Shown in pieces: positions 53,550-64,000 of a stretch of DNA of 64,000 nucleotides (its first letter is position 1; each line of letters starts with the position of its first letter). The position numbers and the translations under genes are program-made. The DNA is from Octopus vulgaris (lineage: Eukaryota): contig OX597817.1 of NCBI GenBank assembly GCA_951406725.2, forward strand, positions 69,564,001 through 69,628,000, written 5' to 3'. The notes under the pieces are model-generated. The model was not told where the DNA came from. It did no database searches and worked only from the letters and a program-made list of their open reading frames with translations.

Positions 53550-55019
53550 CATCCTTATTATTATTATCATCATCATCGTCATCATTATTATTATTATCAT
53601 TTTCTTTAATTACCCTATTTCTAAATTTGAGAATAAGAATTAAAAACAGGGAAGAGTCAGCTTGGAGTACAGGTAACTAAGTGTGTGCTGGAGTTGATCA
53701 AAGAAAAGAATATTGATTTCTAGCATTCGTATGGAAACCACAAATGATGGAGGATGATTATAGTCTATTAAATAAATTCAAGTACTTGATCAATATTTTC
53801 TTTTTATGATCCCTGAAGTGAATTTTATGATCCCAGGGGGAACTGAGCTATAACAAGCTCATGTGAAAATTTGTAGCCCCATTTTTCCAATCTAAGAAAT
53901 AAATTTTCATTATTAACATGGTGTTAACATTTGTAATGCAGGGAAATATGTGATGAGATAAATAAAAAGTGTGATGTAACGAGAGAGGAGGGAGAGGGCA
54001 GAGAAAGAGAGGGAGGAGTTGGAGAGATAGCAGATTGACAGATAAATGGATAGATAGGTAGATGTATAGGCAAGAAAATAAAGAGGCAGAGATACAGACA
54101 AATAGATAGGCTGATTGAGTGACAAGTAGATACACAGAGAGACAGACTGACAGACAAATACATACATAAATGTACAGACAAGAAGACAGATAGACAGATA
54201 GACAGAAGAAATACTATACTAGCCTAACATAATACAGACAACACTAGAAAGCTAACTGCACAAAAATTTGTAGTTAAGGTAAAAAACAGTATAAGTCAAT
54301 GACAAATATCATTTTCCATTTATTTAATTATATATGGGAGACAACTTTAGTCATGTTTGAGCCTTATTTTGACTTCATTAGCAAAATAACATTTTCAACA
54401 ATTGCTGAAATAGCAATTAAAATACCCCAAAATAAAAATATGATTTTTTGCATTGGTTTTCATAGAATATTTCAGTTTATTTCCTCTGAGTTTTGGGCCA
54501 AATTCAATGAAGGTCTATTTAGTTTGACTTTCATTTATTGTAAGACTAAGGAACAGTCTGAATACAGTTGGTCAATGGAATATGCAAAAGATTTGGGGGC
54601 ACATCTGTAGTGAGAAAAATAAAATAATTATTCTTGAATTTTATAAATTTGTAAGACTATACTTTTTATTAAACTCTGTTTATTTCCTAAGGCTGAAAAC
54701 ATTTTTTCATATGATCTTTTTGGAGACTTTATTAGTGGGTAGTTTTAAATATAATTGCAAACAAAAATATCACCTCAGGGGGAAATGTTCTCCACCCTTG
54801 AGAAAGACACAATATTAAAATGAAAATTAATGATACTTTTTTTAAAGTTTTCTTTTCTTTCTCTGGTTTAATATAATGAGTGTTTAAGAAGTTTATTTTT
54901 CATCCATGTGATTTCAGGTTCAATCTTGCTTCACAATACTGTAAATGCTTTCTACTCTAGCTCCAAGCCAGCCAATGTCTTGCAAGTGGATTTGGTCGGC
55001 AAAAACTCAAAGAAGCCCA

Positions 55020-55520
55020 TCATATTCTGAACACCTTACTTCCCTGGGCATGGACAATATTCTGAACGCCTTACTTCCCTGGGCATGGACACATTGAAAC
55101 TCCGACATCTGGCAGCTGACTTGGCAGACACCCATAAAATTATTAACCATCTTACTTACAATAACTCTGAGCACCTTTTCAAACTCCACCCATCTAACAC
55201 CCATGGACATATTTACAAAGTCAGAAAACATAACAGCTCCCATGACTTTTGGAAACATTTTTTCACGCTGAGACTTGCTGAAGCATGGAACAAACTACCG
55301 GCATCAGTTGTTAGTTGTCGGAGCACTGCATCCTTCAAAACTTCCATGCTTTCTGAGATTCACCAACACTACACCTGATTTTCTTCCCTCCATACACACA
55401 CAAGCATGTATCTGACTCATACATTGTTTGCTTTCCAGACATTTGTACATTACTGCATACACTTTATACGCACTTTCTGACAAGTTGTGGTGCACCTGAG
55501 CACTGTATACAATAATTTCA
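55020..55520 (+). mobile_element. CR1/L2-like LINE 3' end
   Basis: TLKLRHLAADL..THKII...HFFTLRLAEAWNKLPASVVS...SFK; 36-bp tandem duplication at the 5' junction. Confidence 0.85.
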
Positions 55521-56545
55521 TTATTATATATTATATATATATCTTTTACATTTTTTCTCATTTACTTGTTTCAGACATTAAGCAGTGATTATGCTGGAGT
55601 ACTGCCTAAAGGAATTTTAGTCAAACGAATCACCCCCTGTTTTTTTTTTCTTGAGTCTGATATTTATTCTATCTGTCCCTTTATCAAACCACTAAGTTAT
55701 GGGAATGTAAACAAACCAAGACTGTTGTCAATCAGTGATGAGAGACAAGCTCATACACACTCACACACACATACACACACACACACACATGCTATTTGTT
55801 AAAACCAAAATAATCCTAACAAACTGTTACTCAGAGTTACATGTTATTGTTTGTTGGCCAGCTGTGATAATACCAAATAAAAAATACATTACAGTGTAAT
55901 CATTACGATTCAACCAATAAGCAGTTGAATTTGATTGGGTGACTTGCACACAGACATGTCTCCTGCATCCCCATTTCAGTTCAGTGGGCTCATGGGTGCT
56001 GGTGCCATGTAAAAAGCGCCTGTACGTAAAGGTACATAAAGGTATACATAAAGGTATTCAGTACACTCGGTAAGGAGTCCGACGTTAGGAAAAGCATTCA
56101 GCTGTAGAAACCATGCCAAAACAGACATGGATCCCAGGTAGTTCTTCAGTTGGCCAGCTCCAGCCAAACCGTCCAACCCATGCCAGCATGGAAAACAGAT
56201 GTTAAATGATGATGAAGATAATATATATATATATATACCAGTGTTGTGGCATGTAAAAGCACCTTTTGAACTTTGAGCCTCATGGAGGCCATAATAAATG
56301 ACTGAGATATCTGGCAATATATTGTGCTTGAGTAGACCTTTCAAACCAAGTGAGGATTGCAGTCGTGGCTGATGCTGGTGTTTCATAACTGGCACATGAA
56401 AAGCACCCATTACACACTTGGACTGGTTGGTATTAGGAGGGGCATCCAGCTGTAGAAATCATGCCAAATCAGATTGGAACCTGTTGCAGCTCCTCAGCTT
56501 ACCTGGAAACATGTGGTTGAGAAGCAAGCCTCATACCACACAGCC

Positions 56546-56802
56546 ATGCATGCATACATACATACATACATACATACATGCATACATACATACATACATG
56601 CATACATACATGCATGCATACATACATACATATATACATACATGCATGCATGCATGCAGGCATGCATACATACATACATACATACATACATACATACATA
56701 CATACATACATACATGCATGCATGCATGCATGCATGCATACATACATACATACATACATACATACATGCATGCATGCATGCATGCATACATACATACATA
56801 CA

Positions 56803-56832
<30 letters not shown>
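56546..56832. repeat. (CATA)n/(CATG)n compound microsatellite
   Basis: Direct reading. Confidence 0.95.
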
Positions 56833-56833
<1 letters not shown>

Positions 56834-56910
56834 GTGTGTAAAATATAACGGGTCTTGAATGGCACAACAATGCAGAGTGGACAATAGCTGTTATAACTTA
56901 ATTATCCATA

Positions 56911-56953
56911 GTCTGATATATTTCGGAATATAAAAAATTCCTTCTTCAGATAT
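56911..56953 (-). ncRNA. Minimal type-I hammerhead motif, stem I decayed
   Basis: Minus strand: AUAU-CUGAAGA-A-GGAAU-7 nt-AUUCC-GAAA-UAUA-UC-AGAC. Confidence 0.6.
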
Positions 56954-57556
56954 CGATAGGAACTGATCGAGTCACTGCTATAATCGGTTTTCCAACTGTT
57001 ACTGAAATTTTTTTTTCAGAAGCGTTTCTGCAGTAGTCTCACAAAGCTCCTTCTGGAATTCCTCATAAGAAGTGCATGAGGGCCCCCATATCTCAAGCTC
57101 GCATGTGTTGAAACAGCCATAATCTATTGACACCTGTACATCCTTGTTACTTATTTACGTTCTGTTCACCTAACTTGAAGCTGTGCGGACTATACTGAAC
57201 TGGCAAAGTGCCTCAATTTAAGTGCCTAATTCAACTGAATCTTAATTATATTTTATATATGCATTATATTAGAGGAAAAATCAAAACCAGGGCAGAATAA
57301 GTATCTCAAGTCATTTAGAATAATTTAGAATATATATATATATATATGTATAGGAAGAGTTTACAAAAAAAACAAAAGACAAAGACAGATGGTGTACAAA
57401 ACAAAACAGATGTATTAGTATACCGCTCAGGAATAGAAAAAGTTTTTTACGTTTCAAGCCTATGCTCTTCTACAGAAAGGGATACAGAAAAAAACAAGGA
57501 GAGAAACAAGAAGAGAAAAAAATGTGTAGTGGCTAACGATCTATCATGGCAACTCA

Positions 57557-57612
<56 letters not shown>

Positions 57613-57703
57613 GGCAGTGTTACGCTATGCCCTTCCTCTCCTAGTGGGTCACGCCCGCACAGGTGCAGACAGGCTGGCAAACGCACACGGATGGTGCTTT
57701 TGC

Positions 57704-57992
<289 letters not shown>

Positions 57993-59112
57993 TGCAAACG
58001 TATATGTACATACTAAACACAACCGTGTCAGCACCTTGAAATATAATAAATATGATAAATGAAATCTACCCCAAGTATATACCTGGTATTTTATTTTCAC
58101 CAACCCCTGAATGATGAAAGCTAAAATCAATTCCTGATGGTATTCCAATACAGATTGTTAAGAGGCATAATTATATAGTCGAGGAAATTCCGTTTGAGAC
58201 TGGCACCAGTTTTACCATTTCATAGCTTCTTCCCATTTTCTTTCAATAAATAATATAGTAAAATGAAATTAAGTGATTTGAATATAGAATATAATGAGTT
58301 TCTAATTAAAAACAGTAAAATGGTTAGTCGTGTGCTTCACTAATTCTGTTTCTCTGCACCCACCCACCCCCAGCTGCCATTTGTTTCAGGAGCAAAATAT
58401 TGAAGTGAACTGAAACAATTGTTTTGTATGTTTATCTTTTTATTTCTGTTTTTATTTCTTTATTTATCTATCTATTTATTTCTTTATTTATTTAGTTAGT
58501 TATATATTTGCTATATTCACTGCTCTTGGTGAAAGATGAAAAGAGGAAGAAATACGGAGATAAATTGCGATAAATTGAGAAAAAAAAAAGGTGAAAGAGA
58601 AGAAAAAACATCAAAGTGACAGAATGAGGGAAAGGCAGAGAAAGAAAGAGAAAGAAAGAGAAAGGAGAAGGGGAGGGAGAGAAGAGGGAGAGGGGGGAGA
58701 GAGGGGGAGGGAGAGAGAGTGATGAAAAGAGAGATTGAAAGAGAGAAAGAGAGAAAGTGAAAGATAGATCGAGAGAAGGAGTAAGAGAAAAAGAGGAAGA
58801 AAAGGTGAAGAGAGAGAGAGAGAGAGAGACAGAGAAAGATGGGTATGACAGAGAAAGAGAAAGAATCCGTAAAAGAGAGATAGTATGGTTAAAAGAGAGA
58901 GGGAGAGTAGGGATAAAGGAGAGAGAAAGACAGAAGGAGTAAAACAAGCAGAGAGAATATGGGAAAAATCAAAGAAAGAAAGAGAGTAGGAGTAAAAAAA
59001 GAGAGAGAGGGTAAGAGATAGAGAGTAGAGTATAAGAAAGAGAAAATAGGGGTAGAAGAGAGAGAGACAGACAGACAGAGAGTAGAGGGAAAAGAGAGAG
59101 AGAGGTGGTGTG

Positions 59113-59149
<37 letters not shown>

Positions 59150-59794
59150 AAGCTAAAGAAAAAAGGCATTAGAATGAAATGAAGATAAAAAGATAGAAAA
59201 AAAGAGTTGGAAGGAAAAAAAAGAAAAAATGAAACAAACAGAGATAGGGTAGAAAGAAAAAAAAAACGAAGAATAAAAAAAGTAATGAAATAATGTTAGG
59301 ATTGAAATTTTATGAGAAATAAATGATGGCTCTGAGATTTATAGATTGATGATGAGAAGATGTAGAAGGAAGGAAGGAAGGAAAGAAGAAAAATGGAAAA
59401 GGTAAACAGGAAAAGAAGGAAGCGCAAGATAAGGCCAAATGAAAGAGGAAGAAAAAAGAAAGTGTAAATGCGGCAGGAGAGAAACAAAGAAAGAAAAAAG
59501 TGAGAAAGAAAGGGAAAGGAATTATAAGAGATTGGAGAGAGAAAAGAAAGAAATTTAGATAGATGGTTGCAGGCATAGCCATGTGGTTAAGAAGCTTGGT
59601 TTGCAATGATGTGGTGTTTTGGTTCAGTCCCATTGTAAAATACATTGGACAAGTACTATAACCTCGAGCTGAATAAAACTTTGGATAATAAAAATTTGGA
59701 AAATCAAAACTGGGTGAAAGCCTATCATGTATGTGTATATGTGTGTGTGTGTGTGTACATATATACATATAAATATATCTATATATATATATAG

Positions 59795-59825
<31 letters not shown>

Positions 59826-59837
59826 GTATATATAAAT

Positions 59838-60260
59838 CAGAACCAAAATCGAAGTCGATCAACATCAATGGAAATTGCAGCTGTGATACCAGTGCCGGTG
59901 GCATGTAAGTGAACCATCCGATCATGGCCGTTGCCAGCCTCGCCTGGCCCCCATGCCAGTGGCACGTAAAAAGCACCATCTGATTGTGGCCGTTGCCAAC
60001 CTTGCCTGGCCCCCGTGCCAGTGGCACGTAAAAAGCACCATCCAACCGTGGCCGTTTGCCAGCCCCGTCTGGCACCTGTGCCGGTGGCACGTAAAAAAGC
60101 ACCCACTACACTCACGGAGTGGTTGGCGTTCGGAAGGGCATCCAGCCATAGAAACATTGCCAGATCAGACTGGGCCTGGTGCAGCCTTCTGGCTTCCGAG
60201 ACCCCCAGTTGAACTGTCCAACCCATGCTAGCATAGAGAGCAGGCGCTAAATGATGATGA

Positions 60261-60264
<4 letters not shown>
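59838..60264 (+). mobile_element. Family C copy, young, with 3-4 tandem ~57-bp subrepeats
   Basis: GTGCC.GTGGCACGTAAAAAGCACCATC units, then body and (GAT)n tail. Confidence 0.85.
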
Positions 60265-60304
<40 letters not shown>

Positions 60305-60436
60305 CTACAAATTTTTGCTTTAAATGTTTTTGTACAGATTTTCTCTAGGATTCAAAGCCAGCATCGAAAGTTAAGACGTTTTGTATATGAAAATGTTTAT
60401 GTAAACGATTGAAGATAGACAAAATAAGTAATGGGT

Positions 60437-60477
60437 GTATATGCATATTTCAAGAGTCATTGCCCTTTCATCAGTAC
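60437..60477 (-). ncRNA. Minimal type-I hammerhead motif
   Basis: Minus strand: GUA-CUGAUGA-AAGGG-CAAUGA-CUCUU-GAAA-UAUGCA-UA-UAC. Confidence 0.65.
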
Positions 60478-60690
60478 TAAATCCAATCCATCAACTATTC
60501 ATGCACGCATTGCATCATTAACCACTAAGTTTTAATTTGTAAATTAGATAGATCAGTTTATATATTTGAAATAATCAGAACATTGCATTGCTAGCACAAA
60601 AGTAAAGCACAATATTGACTTGTAAACCTTTAATAGATTTGGTAATGTATTATTGCTGCAAAAGGAAATTCTGTGTCCTATCTAGCAATT

Positions 60691-60743
<53 letters not shown>

Positions 60744-62288
60744 TCTATATATATACTCTGCTATTGCTATCTGCTAGCCCGTGACCTGGGTGTTCCATCT
60801 ACACATAACAAGAAAACTTTTCCTTCACCCTACCCCAACAAACCAATCTACATCTCTTCTCTTTCTCACATTTCCTCCTTTATACGCTATGCCTAACTCT
60901 CACTCCCCAATCCTGCCCTAACTCCCCTGTTCCTCTGTATCGTTGTTATCCAGTAGTCCCTCCAATTCTATATATACCCAGGTCTTTCATTACTTACACT
61001 CTTTAATCACACCCCCTTCACTATATCCCGCCACTTATATTATGGCATTTGAACCTCAACGGTATACCCTGGCACTTTCTACCATCTATATCTCTCTCTT
61101 TCTTTACTCAACCATCTCATTTATATTCTGATCCCAGTTCCTTGTGAGTATACCCAGCATTTTGCTACCATCTCCATCCTGCTGTCTTCCACCCTCTCTC
61201 CTTCCCTTGCATCTCCCTCAGGTTGGACAACCATGTATTTTCTTTGCGGTAGCACACCTGTTTCTGTCTTCATTCCTGATCTTTATATCTAAGGCCAGAT
61301 CACCTTGTACTCCCTCTACAGCAAGACATCTGTATCTGTCTTACTATAATCTTTTCATCATCACCTCTTCCAATGCCTCCTCCCCTCTTAAAAGTTTTTG
61401 TCTTGCAAGTACTTGGTGACCCTGGCAGTGCAGGTGCTACTTAAAATCACCCAGTCCACACTGTAAAGTGGTTGGTGTTCGGAAGGGCATCCAGCTGTAA
61501 AAAACCTTGGCAAAACTAACCTTGCCTGTGCTTGTGCCATGTAAAATGTACCACTCACCTCATCTGTGTTTGTGCCAGGCAAAACACACTAAGTCCACTC
61601 TGCTGAGTGGTTGGCGTTAGGAAGGGCATCCAGCTGTAAAAATCCTGCCAAAACAGTCACAGAAGTCTGGTGCACACTTTGGTCTGGCCAGCTCTGGTGG
61701 TACCGTCCCACCCTTGCTAGCATGGAAGACGGACGTTAAACGAGGCTGATGATAATGATATATATGGATGGTAAAAAAGGCTGTAAAATGATGTTGATGG
61801 TTGTTCAACCCATGGCATCATGGAACATAGACATTAAACGATGATAATGATAAGAATATATGTCTACATATATGTATATAAGGGTGCATCTTTGTGATTG
61901 TGTTTTTCCCACTACCCTCACTTACCAACTGGTGTTGGTTTGTTTACACCTCTGTAACTTAACAGTTTGGCAAATGAGAAGGATAGAATAAGAACTAGAT
62001 TTAAAAAAGAGAGCATTAGTATTGATTTGTATGACTGCATCCTTCATGACAGTGCCCCAGCACTGAAACAAGTAAAACATAAAAGAAAAGACAGACAGAC
62101 AGACAGACAGATAGGTAATAGATAGTCAGATAGACAGACAGGCAGATAGATAGACTGACAGACAGACAGATAGATAGATAGCTAGAAAGCTAGATATGTA
62201 GGTAGACAGATAATAGTTAGACAGACAGATAGGCAGATAGATAGATAGATAGATAAGATAGATAAGATAGGCAGACAGACAGATAGAC

Positions 62289-62352
<64 letters not shown>

Positions 62353-63520
62353 TGAAAGTAAAAAACAAAGGAGATGCAAAGACTAGAATGGAATGGTAAA
62401 AATTAGGAGAGAAAGAAAGAAAAAAGAAACATAAAAAGAGAAAACAAAAATAGAAAAGGTAGAAAAAAGAAGAAAGAATACAGGAGTGGAAAAAAAAAAC
62501 AAGAAAAAAATCAGGGTGAAAAAGTGGAAGGATGAAAATAAAATGGTGGGATTTAAATGAATATTATGAGAAAGAATTATATTTTCGTAGAGTTAATGTA
62601 TTATTTATTAATTTTCGTCTGGTGGGGATATGGTGGAGTGGGGTAGAGGGTAGTGGGGGGAATGTTTTTGAAATAAATTTGTTTTATTTATTTTCTTAAG
62701 GAACGGATTATTAAACTCAAATAATAATGGGGAATTAAATATAAATTAGCTCCGAAATTTTACAAGCATATTTACAATCAAAATATAAAAAAGAGAGAGA
62801 GAGAGAAGGAGGAAAACAATCATTGACAAGTGGTGGAGGAGTAAGAGTAGGATGAGGAAGAGAGGGAGGAGGGGAATGTGAAAAAAAGAATGACAGCACA
62901 AAATAAAAGCTATCAGTAGATTAAAAAAATATATTCATGAAAATTAAAACAAAACTGAGTGAAAATTTACAAAACATGAAGAAATTATAAATTTAAAATA
63001 TAGGATGACTTAAAAAAACCAGAAATGTTGTTGAAAAATGATTTTAAAAAGCAGAAAATGAAAATGTGCGAATTCCAGTACTTGTGAATTTTATGAGATA
63101 AAAATGATGTTTCAGAGAATGATATTTTGATGGTGAGAGAATAAGAGAAGAAAAATTGGGTAGAATGAAGAAGGATGAGGATGTAAAGAAAAGAAAGTGA
63201 AAGTAGAAACGGTAACCGAAAAAAGAGAAGTAAGAGAAAAATGCCAAGCCCAAAAAAAGAAGGAGGAGTGAAAGAAATAGAAAGAAAGAAAGGAAGGAAA
63301 AGAAAGAAAACAGAAAGTGAAGAAAGCAAGGAAGAATGAAAGAGAAATGGTGACAGTAAAACAAGAAGAGAGAAAGTGAAAGAAATAAACAAGGAAAAGA
63401 AAAGAGAAATTAAGAATATAGAAAGAAGAAAAGATGAATGAAAAGAAAAAGATTAAAAGAAAGGGAGAAAACAGACAGAAAGGACGTTTAAGAGAGAGTT
63501 AAAAATGGAATAACACTTAA

Positions 63521-63892
63521 CCCTTCCGATACAATATTTCTGTTGAAATGCTTTTTTTTATTAACTAATTTTGAAAATGATGAAGAATTTAGTAAAATAT
63601 TTTGACATTATTAAGATGGTGTTTGGAATATAAATTAACATGAAATTTTGATGGACGGTTTTAAATTTAGATCACTTTAACCCTTCTGTGACTATATTTC
63701 TGTTGAAATACAATACCTTGCTGCAATTAATTTTGAAAATAACGAAGAATTTAGTAAATTAACTTTCTCATTATTAAGACAGTTTTTGGAATATAAATTA
63801 AGATGAAATTTAAATGGAAGGCTTAAATTCAGATCCCTTTAAAACATGAAGTTTGTATTATAGAACCAAGTGTGGTGAGAGGTGTAGAAAGG
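63521..63892. mobile_element. piggyBac-type MITE with internal ~160-bp tandem duplication
   Basis: TTAA|CCCTTC ... GAAAGG|TTAA; unit repeated from 63677. Confidence 0.7.
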
Positions 63893-64000
63893 TTAATTAT
63901 AGTGGCTGTGTGGTAAGAAGCTTGCTTCCTGACCACTTGGTTCTGGGTTCAGTCCTACAGCGTGGCACCTTGGGCAAGTGTTTTCTACTATAGCTTCAGG

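Noticed and set aside
59880-60110. Regularly spaced ~57-bp repeats resembling a CRISPR array
   Set aside because: The spacers are homologous to each other, it is an internal minisatellite of family C, and the context is eukaryotic with no cas genes

Overview
AT-rich, repeat-saturated eukaryotic non-coding DNA. The SINE/LINE repertoire and extreme microsatellite density point to an Octopus (coleoid cephalopod) intron or intergenic region; this is inferred from remembered repeat families, not from a search. No intact protein-coding gene is supportable: nearly all supplied ORFs are microsatellite or SINE read-throughs. The window holds dozens of copies of three tRNA-derived SINE families, an RTE-derived non-autonomous family, decayed LINEs (RLE-type R4/Dong-like, RTE, CR1-like), a mariner pseudogene, Tc1/hAT/piggyBac-type MITEs and two near-identical 506-bp Helitrons. 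Two less obvious layers stand out. (1) At least four canonical-core and about three decayed minimal type-I hammerhead ribozyme motifs (Penelope-like), all on the minus strand. (2) A recurrent set of 0.2-1 kb imperfect fold-back hairpins in the otherwise unique AT-rich DNA; these are candidate long-dsRNA (ADAR or endo-siRNA) substrates. A few low-confidence exons are proposed, one inside an inverted repeat pair. Repeat boundaries were read by eye and are approximate unless terminal motifs are quoted.
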